From a virus, in the IMG/VR virus record IMGVR_UViG_3300045988_127881: a DNA stretch of 64,000 nucleotides; one strand, given 5' to 3'. The notes beneath the pieces are model-generated. The model had not been told where the DNA came from, did no database searches, and saw only the letters and a program-made list of their open reading frames with translations. The translations under genes and the position numbers were made by a program. Each line of letters begins with the position of its first letter. The stretch's first letter is position 1. Shown one piece after another: positions 51,399-59,593 of this stretch.

Positions 51399-51842
51399 AT
51401 GAACATAGCAGAAATATTAAAAGATTGCCCAAGTGGTACAAGGCTTTACAGTCCAATATATGGTGAATTAAGTTTAGTAAATGCTGTGCCTGGTCACATT
51501 TATCCTATATGTTGCCGTACAAGGAGAGGAAACGCAGTTGATTTTACAGAAGATGGTCTGTTGAACACAACAGACGCAGAACCTACGCTTTTCCCATCAA
51601 AAGACCAACGTGATTGGAGCAAGTTTGTAGTGATTGAACAAGATACTAATACCCGACCTAAACCTCAGTTTAAGCCTTTTGAAAAAGTGCTTGTCCGTGA
51701 TGGTGACCAATATGAATGGCAATGCAATTTTTTCAGTGGTATGGACAAAGAAAACTTTTATTTGTGTGTTAGTGCACGTTGGGAGCAGTGCATTCCCTAC
51801 GAAGGCAACGAACATCTTTTAGGAACTACAAATAAACCCTAA
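51399..51842 (+). CDS. Hypothetical protein (147 aa)
   Basis: ORF track. Confidence 0.6.
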   Translation: MNIAEILKDCPSGTRLYSPIYGELSLVNAVPGHIYPICCRTRRGNAVDFTEDGLLNTTDAEPTLFPSKDQRDWSKFVVIEQDTNTRPKPQFKPFEKVLVRDGDQYEWQCNFFSGMDKENFYLCVSARWEQCIPYEGNEHLLGTTNKP

Positions 51843-51872
51843 TTAAACAATGAAACTAATTGACGAAGAACG

Positions 51873-52094
51873 ATGGAATCATATCAAATGAAAATCAAAC
51901 TACGGTCAAGTAGGTTATGGTCTGGAATGGATAAATTGCCAGAACTTGACGGCGCAATCCTCGCAGTGAGCGATGACGATAGATATAGGTGTTATGAAAA
52001 AGTGGAAGCACGTGACTTTGAAGAGCTAATTAACGAAGGCTATATTATGTGGTGCTATGTGTATGACTTGGTGCAGGCCGCTTATGATATGTAG
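51873..52094 (+). CDS. Hypothetical small protein (73 aa)
   Basis: ORF track. Confidence 0.5.
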   Translation: MESYQMKIKLRSSRLWSGMDKLPELDGAILAVSDDDRYRCYEKVEARDFEELINEGYIMWCYVYDLVQAAYDM

Positions 52095-52132
52095 CTATTA
52101 GACACTATAACAACTTAAGAATAAGAAATAAC

Positions 52133-52687
52133 ATGACACGAACAACATTCAAGAAAATTCCGTTTGACCTTGAGTTGGCGAAGAAGATTAGCAACAAGGA
52201 AGTTAAAGGAAGGATAGTGACAGAGGACAATCTTACTGCAAGGATAGTTTGCTTTGATATGAAGTTTGGAGTAGATAAAATTCTCGCAGTCCTTGTTGAT
52301 TGTGGTGGCAATTATGAAATATGGGTAAGGTGTAACTTAGATGGTACTTGCCGTGATGACAGAAAAGAAGATAAATTCAATCTCCACATCGAAGTCCCAA
52401 CCTACTACCGCGACTACTCCAACTTTGTTCCTCAAAGATGGCAGACTTGTTTGGTGAGAGATTATTCTTTAGATATATGGAGAGTAGCAGTATGTAGCGG
52501 AAAAGATGCTTATGGTAGACCACTCTTTTACTCGGAAAGAAATACTGATGGCTGTTGCGGTTGGTATCATTATCTCCCACTTTCTAAGGTAACCGAGCGT
52601 CTGATTGGTATAAGCAAGAGCTACGAAGAACTGATAAAAGAACTTGATGCAGAATCAACTGCAACAACTAAAAACGAGCAACAATGA
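52133..52687 (+). CDS. Hypothetical protein (184 aa), tandem paralog A
   Basis: MTRTTFKKIPFDLELAKKISNKEVKGRIVTEDNLTARIVCFD is shared with the next ORF. Confidence 0.7.
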   Translation: MTRTTFKKIPFDLELAKKISNKEVKGRIVTEDNLTARIVCFDMKFGVDKILAVLVDCGGNYEIWVRCNLDGTCRDDRKEDKFNLHIEVPTYYRDYSNFVPQRWQTCLVRDYSLDIWRVAVCSGKDAYGRPLFYSERNTDGCCGWYHYLPLSKVTERLIGISKSYEELIKELDAESTATTKNEQQ

Positions 52688-53211
52688 CACGAACAACATT
52701 TAAGAAAGTTCCATTCGACATCGAATTGGCGAAGAAGATTACCAACAAGGAAGTTAAAGGAAGGATAGTGACAGAGGACAATCTTACTGCAAGGATAGTT
52801 TGCTTTGATTATAACTTTGGTGGGAAAAAAGACAACATTGTAGCTATTATTGAGCATACAGGATATGAAGGCGTCTTAACGTGTTTCGCTGATGGTTTAT
52901 ATCATTATGATTTTTTTAATAAAAAATACGCCCTACACATCGAAGTCCCCACCTTCTACCGCGACTACTCAAACTTTGTGCCGTGCAAGTGGCAGCCATG
53001 TCTTGTAAGAGATGTTGATGATGACCCTTGGAATGTTATGGTCTGTGTTGGAGAGAAAACTGATGGTGATGCGCTATTTTACGGTCCAGGACGCCAAAAA
53101 TACACTTGGGGAGAAGTCCTCCCCCTATCCAAAATTACCGAACGCTTGGTGGGCACAAGAAAGAGCTACGAGCAGTTGATTAAAGAGCTTGACGGAAATG
53201 GGCAAGATTAA
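52684..53211 (+). CDS. Hypothetical protein (175 aa), tandem paralog B
   Basis: Near-identical first roughly 40 aa to 52133..52687. ATGA overlap. Confidence 0.7.
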   Translation: MTRTTFKKVPFDIELAKKITNKEVKGRIVTEDNLTARIVCFDYNFGGKKDNIVAIIEHTGYEGVLTCFADGLYHYDFFNKKYALHIEVPTFYRDYSNFVPCKWQPCLVRDVDDDPWNVMVCVGEKTDGDALFYGPGRQKYTWGEVLPLSKITERLVGTRKSYEQLIKELDGNGQD

Positions 53212-53368
53212 AGCATGTGACGGGCAAGGCTGCAAGGAGCGCAAGGCTTGCCTGCGATTTGCTCTGTCGCATACAGAGAGTGACAGACACAACATTCACA
53301 AGGCTTGCTATTTCGCAAGTCCGAACGGGCGAGACTGCCCGATAATGATTAAACAAAGAACAATATGA
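53198..53368 (+). CDS. Cys-rich small protein (56 aa)
   Basis: Own translation (MGKIKACDGQGCKERKACLRF...). Overlaps both neighbours by a few nt. Confidence 0.35.
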   Translation: MGKIKACDGQGCKERKACLRFALSHTESDRHNIHKACYFASPNGRDCPIMIKQRTI

Positions 53369-53673
53369 AAGAGGACATGACTGCACTTGTGCTAAGACAC
53401 ATACCAGAACGTGTTCCGCGCACCAAAGCGGAGCTTGCCGACATCTATCTGACCGAGTCGAATAAAATTGAAACAGACCGCATGAAGTCGCGTGAGAGAA
53501 AACGTGACGATGACGAGGTGGTCAAGAGCCGCTACGACTCGGTGATTGCCGACAAGGAGGCACTACTCACCGAACTGCAAAACGAGATAGAGAAACTTAG
53601 ACATGAGATGTCTGGGAAACTCTTATATGCCAGTTTGGAAGAGGAGCTCAGGAACCTGGAACTTGCCGACTGA
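53365..53673 (+). CDS. Hypothetical coiled-coil protein (102 aa)
   Basis: ORF track. Confidence 0.6.
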   Translation: MKEDMTALVLRHIPERVPRTKAELADIYLTESNKIETDRMKSRERKRDDDEVVKSRYDSVIADKEALLTELQNEIEKLRHEMSGKLLYASLEEELRNLELAD

Positions 53674-53764
53674 CGGAAGGTGCTTGATATGTGGTTTGAG
53701 ACAATGCGAAACAGAATAGAAAAAGAACAAGGAAACAGCAAATAACAAAAAAAACGAATAAATT

Positions 53765-54076
53765 ATGACGAAACTTTTTGTAGAAGAATTGAAGGATATG
53801 TATGCAGTGTTAGACAATGCCATACAAAACTCTGACCATACGGATTTTGAGCAGTGCTATTCGGCACTTGCTGAATTGTGCGAGCGCGCTCTGTGCGGCT
53901 TATATAAATACAAGGGAGTGGCCTCTGTGCATGACCTAATAGAGATGTTCAAAAGAGACATGAAATATGTGCAGGGACTCATGAGCAAGGAGGAGGAGAA
54001 AGCTTACCTTGAAGATGAGGCAAAGCGAGCATACAAGCTTTTGGATAAGGACAAAGAAGAGGAGGGTAAGGAATGA
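53765..54076 (+). CDS. Hypothetical protein (103 aa)
   Basis: ORF track. Confidence 0.6.
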   Translation: MTKLFVEELKDMYAVLDNAIQNSDHTDFEQCYSALAELCERALCGLYKYKGVASVHDLIEMFKRDMKYVQGLMSKEEEKAYLEDEAKRAYKLLDKDKEEEGKE

Positions 54077-54276
54077 TAGCGATGATTTTTGCCGCTGTGG
54101 CGTTTATCTGTGGTATGTTCGTTGCTTACCTTGCTGGCAAGTATATTGGCAGAGAGAACGGATATTACGAGGGCCACAGCGAGGCTTACAGAGAACTTGA
54201 ACACATAATTGACAATTACATTGAAAATCTAAACAAGGAATTTGATGCAAAGAACACTTCAACAAAGGGCGCGTGA
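54073..54276 (+). CDS. Small membrane-anchored protein (67 aa)
   Basis: ORF track. N-terminal TM segment MIAMIFAAVAFICGMFVAYLAG. Confidence 0.55.
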   Translation: MIAMIFAAVAFICGMFVAYLAGKYIGRENGYYEGHSEAYRELEHIIDNYIENLNKEFDAKNTSTKGA

Positions 54277-54397
54277 GGCTGCCGACCGCATTCGCTGTGA
54301 CGAGTGTGGCGAGCAAAGCACTTGCACGCCACTGATGGCAAAGGCTTGCCTTAAAGGTTTTATTCGCGGTTATGTTGCCGCAAACACAAAAAAGTAA
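54245..54397 (+). CDS. Cys-rich small protein (50 aa)
   Basis: Own translation (MQRTLQQRAREAADRIRCDECGEQSTC...). Confidence 0.3.
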   Translation: MQRTLQQRAREAADRIRCDECGEQSTCTPLMAKACLKGFIRGYVAANTKK

Positions 54398-54402
54398 AAG
54401 AC

Positions 54403-54510
54403 ATGATAAAGCCTGAGATGATATTAGATTACGGCATGAGTATTGCGCTTGTAATAGCCTTTATCTACATGACCTATCGCGTGATTAAAAAAATATTCGA
54501 TGAAGAATGA
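54403..54510 (+). CDS. Mini membrane peptide (35 aa)
   Basis: Own translation (MIKPEMILDYGMSIALVIAFIYMTYRVIKKIFDEE). Confidence 0.3.
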   Translation: MIKPEMILDYGMSIALVIAFIYMTYRVIKKIFDEE

Positions 54511-54602
54511 AACTACTGATAGTAATAGCACTAATGTTGTTCGTGTATTGGCTGTGGAAGGACATCAACCGTCATGACGGGCCACCGATTGCGAGCAGCT
54601 AA
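54507..54602 (+). CDS. Mini membrane peptide (31 aa)
   Basis: Own translation (MKLLIVIALMLFVYWLWKDINRHDGPPIASS). ATGA overlap. Confidence 0.3.
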   Translation: MKLLIVIALMLFVYWLWKDINRHDGPPIASS

Positions 54603-54846
54603 TCAACGACATACCCCACTTACCAACCTCATATTTTTTCACTTCATAAATATAAATGGTTTTGTTTAGTTGGATTTGTTTTTAATTGCCCGAGGTCGGG
54701 TAACACTCGGTCCGTGTCCGAGGTGGGGTACTTATAAGCCCTCTCTGCAACGCCACAATTTAATAACTTAAACTTAACGGATTTACTTTTAATGGTGCAG
54801 TGGTGTCGGCAGCGCGTGGTTCGTGGCCACGGAGGGCGCAATTTTA

Positions 54847-55023
54847 ATGAGAAATAATATGACTACAAAACAAGTTATTCACGCCCTGCATCTGCACCAG
54901 AAATGGCGCAGAGGGGCAATAAGCGAGATGCCATTAACGGCAAAGGAATATGGACAAGCCTTGGACGAGGCAATAAGACTGCTTAGACAATATGACAAAC
55001 AGCAAGACGGGGCAGTGCGGTGA
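54847..55023 (+). CDS. Hypothetical small protein (58 aa)
   Basis: ATG at 54847. The track start 54823 is non-ATG and overlaps a structured region. Confidence 0.5.
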   Translation: MRNNMTTKQVIHALHLHQKWRRGAISEMPLTAKEYGQALDEAIRLLRQYDKQQDGAVR

Positions 55024-55149
55024 GTGCCTGAGGTTCGCCAAGGGCAGATGCCCGAAATTCTTTTCCAACTCTGTGCGGACAGCGTGTAATGGCTTCACAC
55101 AGAGCAAATCAGTAACTAAAAATACACACTTCGATAAAGTATAAACATT

Positions 55150-55509
55150 ATGACATTCGACGAATACCAAGAACTTGCAATGACTTTCTGCACAAAGGAG
55201 AGTAACAATTTACCATACATGATACTCGGCCTTAACGAGGAAGTAGGAGAACTGACAGGAAAGCTTGCAAAAGCAGTGCGCAAGGGACTGCTAAAGCCTG
55301 ACCTTACCTTTGACGAGGACAACGTGAGTGAAGAACTTTTTGAGCTAATGGACAACCTTACGAAGGAAAGTGGCGATGTGCTATGGATGCTCGCTGGGTT
55401 ACACTCCGTTCTTAACAAACGACTCGAAACTACTGCGCATCTGAATATCCACAAACTTACAAGCCGCAAAAACAGAGGTGTCATCGTCGGGGAGGGCGAT
55501 AACAGATGA
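55150..55509 (+). CDS. mazG: MazG-like nucleotide pyrophosphohydrolase
   Basis: 119 aa. LGLNEEVGELTGKLAK ... ESGDVLWMLAGL motifs. Confidence 0.75.
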   Translation: MTFDEYQELAMTFCTKESNNLPYMILGLNEEVGELTGKLAKAVRKGLLKPDLTFDEDNVSEELFELMDNLTKESGDVLWMLAGLHSVLNKRLETTAHLNIHKLTSRKNRGVIVGEGDNR

Positions 55510-55521
55510 GCAAAGATTGGA

Positions 55522-56124
55522 ATGGAGGATTTAATTCCATTTTTCAAATGTCTCGGCGCAAGCTCGCACACTGAAAAGGAACGCGAGCCTAACGACTACT
55601 ATGCCACAAGCCCTGAAGCAATAGACCTGCTGTTTGATAGCAACAATTTCGTTAGGCCAAGATTTGTTTGGGAGTGCGCATGCGGTGAGGGACATCTTGC
55701 AAAACGACTTGCCGATTTTGGCTGCAACGTCTATTCGTCAGACCTCGTTGATAGGGGATTCGGCACAGGTGGCGTTGACTTCCTTAAACAGGTTGAAATG
55801 CCATTCCGTAACGTTGGAAGATGTATTATCACTAATCCGCCGTACAAATACGCTATGGAGTTTGTGCTTCATGCGCTTGACTTGCTTAAAGACGGGGAAC
55901 GAGCTGTGTTCTTCCTAAAGACAAGTGCGCTTGAAGGTAAGAAAAGATACGAAAGATTATTCAAGCCATTTCCTCCTAAAATGATTTACCAATTCAAAGG
56001 GAGAGTCATCTGCGCAAAAAATGGCGATTTTGAAAGCATGAAGAAGGTCGGCAGTGCGGTTAGCTATGCCTGGTTTGAATGGGTCAAAGGTTATAATGGT
56101 GTCACTAATATATGCTGGATATAA
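55522..56124 (+). CDS. DNA N6-adenine methyltransferase (orphan)
   Basis: SAM-binding motif ECACGEGH and catalytic motif ITNPPY. Confidence 0.8.
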   Translation: MEDLIPFFKCLGASSHTEKEREPNDYYATSPEAIDLLFDSNNFVRPRFVWECACGEGHLAKRLADFGCNVYSSDLVDRGFGTGGVDFLKQVEMPFRNVGRCIITNPPYKYAMEFVLHALDLLKDGERAVFFLKTSALEGKKRYERLFKPFPPKMIYQFKGRVICAKNGDFESMKKVGSAVSYAWFEWVKGYNGVTNICWI

Positions 56125-56141
56125 TAAAAAACATAGTTCAA

Positions 56142-56387
56142 ATGAAAAAGGAAAAACACGAAATTAGCAACAATGAGCTTTTACACAAATGTGTAGACAA
56201 CTTCGATGCGGAACACGTCAACTTCATCTTGGAAGCAGCACTGTTAAACGTATCAAGCTTGAAACAAGGAATGGACGACAGCCAACTCCTCATTGTCGTA
56301 AATTCTGTATCAGAATTGGCAATAGAACTTGCAAATGCAGAAAACAGAATTACGACTATAAAAAGATTGCTTAATTCAACGAAGTAA
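56142..56387 (+). CDS. Hypothetical small protein (81 aa)
   Basis: ATG at 56142. An alternative ATG at 56112 lies inside the methyltransferase 3' end. Confidence 0.5.
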   Translation: MKKEKHEISNNELLHKCVDNFDAEHVNFILEAALLNVSSLKQGMDDSQLLIVVNSVSELAIELANAENRITTIKRLLNSTK

Positions 56388-56396
56388 TAATTGCGT

Positions 56397-57386
56397 ATGA
56401 AAAATTCCGAATTAGAATTTAAGCTAAAGGAAGTTCTACCTAAATTCAGTGCGCAATTCCAACAAAAAATGCTGCACAGCATCGAATTGCTACGTAAGGC
56501 TGAACGGCTTGCCAAGTCCTATGACAAAGAAAATGGATACTTCCTCGCTTTTAGCGGAGGAAAGGACAGCCAATGTCTTTACCACATTGCGAAGTTGGCT
56601 GGCGTGCAATTTCAAGCGCACATGAACCTTACAAGCGTCGACCCTCCCGAAGTAATCCGTTTTGTTCGGGAACAATACCCTGACGTGGAACTTGCCAAAC
56701 CACACGACAGTATTTTTAATGTGGCTATAAGGCGTAAAATCTTGCCTACCATGCGTGTGAGGTGGTGCTGCGAGGAATACAAGGAAATGGCTGGGGCTGG
56801 AAAGGTTACACTTATCGGCATAAGAAAAGCTGAGTCGGTACGAAGAGCTAAACGCAATGAAGTCGAAATCAACAACCACTCTTTTAGTGGCACACTTGAC
56901 GAACTTGAAGATTACCGAAAACAAAAAACCGCGAAGGCCAAGCAACGAAAAGCACAAAAGAATGGCGGGGGCGTGACCATAGTCAATGCCGACGGCGAGC
57001 GTGTCCTTGGTTGTATCAGAGGCAAGGAGTCGCTGCTTATTTCGCCTATCATTGAATGGACTGACAAGGAGGTTTGGCTATTCCTTAACACGCTCGGCAT
57101 AGCCCATTGCGAACTTTACGACCAAGGCTTTAACCGTATAGGCTGCATTATCTGCCCTATGAGTTCTCCAAAGCAACGAGCAAAAGAAATGATGCGTTGG
57201 CCTCATGTAAAGCGCAACTGGATTAAAGCCATCAAAGCTATCCGTGCTGGGGGGGGGTATTTCAAAAAGAATATATCTGGTGGAACATCAAACGCGACCT
57301 CATTCCGTGCGACAATCGCAGAGGATTGCTCAGGAAACAAACCGCACAAGAAATCAACCCAAAGAAGCCACACATGGGTTTTCTGA
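56397..57386 (+). CDS. PAPS reductase-like PP-loop protein
   Basis: PP-loop FSGGKDS and Cys cluster IGCIICP. ATG at 56397. A G9 tract near the 3' end may alter the C-terminus. Confidence 0.75.
   Translation: MKNSELEFKLKEVLPKFSAQFQQKMLHSIELLRKAERLAKSYDKENGYFLAFSGGKDSQCLYHIAKLAGVQFQAHMNLTSVDPPEVIRFVREQYPDVELAKPHDSIFNVAIRRKILPTMRVRWCCEEYKEMAGAGKVTLIGIRKAESVRRAKRNEVEINNHSFSGTLDELEDYRKQKTAKAKQRKAQKNGGGVTIVNADGERVLGCIRGKESLLISPIIEWTDKEVWLFLNTLGIAHCELYDQGFNRIGCIICPMSSPKQRAKEMMRWPHVKRNWIKAIKAIRAGGGYFKKNISGGTSNATSFRATIAEDCSGNKPHKKSTQRSHTWVF
57249..57257 (+). repeat. G9 homopolymer inside the PAPS-reductase-like gene
   Basis: GCTGGGGGGGGGTAT. An alternative frame downstream stays open to 57528. Confidence 0.9.
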
Positions 57387-57544
57387 TAGCTCCTCGCCTG
57401 ACAGCTTGACAGAGGAGCAACAAAACGAAATAGCTGAAAACATCTTTGATTGGTGGGTCTCTGGCAAATCATACAAACAATGGTATGCAGATAAATTTAT
57501 ACACCTCCATATAAATTTTAATGACTGAATACACACATTATAGC

Positions 57545-57575
57545 AAAAAGCGTGACAGAACGTCACGCTTTTTTT
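57545..57575. terminator. Bidirectional intrinsic terminator between the early (+) and late (-) blocks
   Basis: A5-GCGTGAC-AGAAC-GTCACGC-T7. Confidence 0.75.
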
Positions 57576-57577
57576 GT

Positions 57578-57934
57578 TTATTCAAAACTCTCCATATACC
57601 GCCATATCTTGTTGCAGGGCGCATCTTCGTCCTCGAAGAAAAACGCATGACCCGTCTCTATAATCAAGTCTGGCGTCAACGTCTTGCACAAGTCGGCATA
57701 AGCAGCGTTAAACGCTACATACTTGTCGTAATCCGTCACACAAGGCTTAAACTGCAACCCTTTCGTGGCTTCAAGCACCTGCTCCAGGCTCCAGTGCGGC
57801 CCATGATGCTCCGCGCCGTCTTTAGTAGTGTAGTATATGCGGCTGACAGCCTTCTCTGCACTTTCCTTATCGAAGTGCTTGCACTTGCCACCACCCTTGC
57901 AAAATACCATATATAATCTTCCCATAATCATCAT
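57578..57934 (-). CDS. Hypothetical protein (118 aa)
   Basis: ORF track. Confidence 0.6.
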   Translation of the reverse strand: MMIMGRLYMVFCKGGGKCKHFDKESAEKAVSRIYYTTKDGAEHHGPHWSLEQVLEATKGLQFKPCVTDYDKYVAFNAAYADLCKTLTPDLIIETGHAFFFEDEDAPCNKIWRYMESFE

Positions 57935-58413
57935 TTCTTAAATTCGTTGATAAAATCACGAAGTACAGCACCAAGACTCTTCACCTCGTTTTCTATCCCC
58001 TCAATCCGCTTGTCTTGCGCCCGTTTCTCGGCAAAGGCTGGATTAAGTTCCTCCAACAACTGGTTACAATTTGTAACCGTTTGCTTGTGACGCTCAACCT
58101 GTGACAAAGCGTCCTCGCTTGCAGCCTTTAGTGCTTCCACCTCTCTTAGTATTCCTTCCTTGTCGGTTGACAGCACAAGATGCCCTGCATACGTTATTGT
58201 TGCAGTTTCGGGGATTGTGTAGGTCTTGGTCGCACCATCTGCCTCAATGGTTATGTCTACCACAAGGCCCGTAGGCTGCGCGCCGAAAGCCTTGGCTTGG
58301 TTATTGTCGTAGCGCGGAACTGCAACACTCACGGCCTTGCCTTGATAATATCTTGCGCCCTCCTTGTCAAGAAAGTAAATCGGGTAGCCTATTTTTACGT
58401 CTTTGAATAGCAT
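57931..58413 (-). CDS. Hypothetical protein with C-terminal coiled coil (160 aa)
   Basis: ATG at 58413 (MLFKDVKIGYPIYF...). The track start lies in hairpin 58428..58460. Confidence 0.6.
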   Translation of the reverse strand: MLFKDVKIGYPIYFLDKEGARYYQGKAVSVAVPRYDNNQAKAFGAQPTGLVVDITIEADGATKTYTIPETATITYAGHLVLSTDKEGILREVEALKAASEDALSQVERHKQTVTNCNQLLEELNPAFAEKRAQDKRIEGIENEVKSLGAVLRDFINEFKK

Positions 58414-58576
58414 GATTTCAATCGTTAGTAGCACGTGGGGCAATTACTTCCCCACGTGCTTGTTATTACTTCTCTTTCGACCTCTTCCGCGACCTCACGA
58501 AAAAGCTATTGTCCACCTTTTCGTTGGCGTCAGCAATATGGTCATCAGTGGCTATTTCCGTTTTGGAAACACCTCC

Positions 58577-59413
58577 TCATGTCGTTGCAGTTGTAGTCTT
58601 GCTAAGGGCTGCAATCAGTGCGGCAGTCTGGTTCTGCTGCGACAGCTCCAATCTCGCGTCTTGATACTTGCGGTCTATGTCGGCATACCAATGGTTGTTC
58701 AAGGCATCAATTATGCGCTGCGTGTTGTCCTGTCCTGCACGAATAACATCGCACTTGTCTTGTGACATCTGATAGCCAACAGAGCTAAATCCGCGCTCCA
58801 CAGACGAGTTCACAAAATTGAGGCTCTGCTGCAAGGAATTGGTCTGTCCTTGTATTGCGAGCTGGCTCTCGTAGCCCATCTTTGTGATGCTATTCTGCGT
58901 GTTGCAGCAACAATTCTGAATTGCCTGAATAACTGCCGCATCACCTCTTTCCGCTGCGTTGATTACGCGCTCGGCCGAGAAACCAACCTTGCCACCAACT
59001 TGGTCAATAGCGGAACGAACAGCGCACACGCCTTGCTGCAACTGGTTGAAGTCGCAATTAAGGTTCGCGCCCAGTGTGGTCAAGGCATCGTTATTGCCCT
59101 TGATTGCCTGCATCAGCAGGTCGGAGTTGTGGTTGTCAGCCATCTGCGAGCGCAGCGACTGAATTTGGCCCTGTATCTCGGCATCTTGCAGACCATTGCG
59201 GTTGTTGCCAAACCCGAAGCCATTGCCACCGAACATGGCAAGGAAAATAAGATACAAGAACGGATTGTTAAGCCACTGGTTTGCACCTCCAAGGCCACCA
59301 TTCATCATGGCTGCCAAGGCCATAGGGTCATTGCCCTTGTTGTTCGCCATTGCCGCATAAGCAAGCGCATCATTACCTCTGTCGCAACAGATTACTTTCT
59401 CTACATTGTCCAT
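58577..59413 (-). CDS. Hypothetical N/Q/G-rich protein with one hydrophobic segment (278 aa)
   Basis: ATG at 59413 (MDNVEKVICCDRGND...). NNPFLYLIFLAMFGGNGFGFG segment. Confidence 0.6.
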   Translation of the reverse strand: MDNVEKVICCDRGNDALAYAAMANNKGNDPMALAAMMNGGLGGANQWLNNPFLYLIFLAMFGGNGFGFGNNRNGLQDAEIQGQIQSLRSQMADNHNSDLLMQAIKGNNDALTTLGANLNCDFNQLQQGVCAVRSAIDQVGGKVGFSAERVINAAERGDAAVIQAIQNCCCNTQNSITKMGYESQLAIQGQTNSLQQSLNFVNSSVERGFSSVGYQMSQDKCDVIRAGQDNTQRIIDALNNHWYADIDRKYQDARLELSQQNQTAALIAALSKTTTATT

Positions 59414-59473
59414 AATTATGAATGTATTAAGTCGGTCGGGGAATATCCCCCGATACCGCAAAGATGGTGACAA

Positions 59474-59537
59474 GTTGCTTGTGAGTTGCTTGTGAGTTTT
59501 GTTAGTTGTTTGTGAGTTGCTTGTGAATTGTTTGTCC
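59474..59537. repeat. 11-bp tandem repeat GTTGCTTGTGA, about 6 units
   Basis: Units at 59474, 59485, 59496 (9 nt), 59505, 59516 and 59527, upstream of the gene starting at 59413. Confidence 0.9.
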
Positions 59538-59554
59538 TATCCACCAATAAAGCA

Positions 59555-59581
59555 AAAGGCCACCCCATTCGGGTGGCCTTT
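59555..59581. terminator. Hairpin terminator after the HTH-ImmA gene pair
   Basis: AAAGGCCACCC-CATTC-GGGTGGCCTTT. Confidence 0.7.
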
Positions 59582-59593
59582 GTTCATTCATAA

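Noticed and set aside
54738-54837. A fifth tRNA-like element.
   Set aside because: The T-loop TTCGTGG lacks the conserved A58 position, and the closing stem is only 6 bp with a ~70-nt unstructured AT-rich interior. It is reported only as a structured intergenic region.
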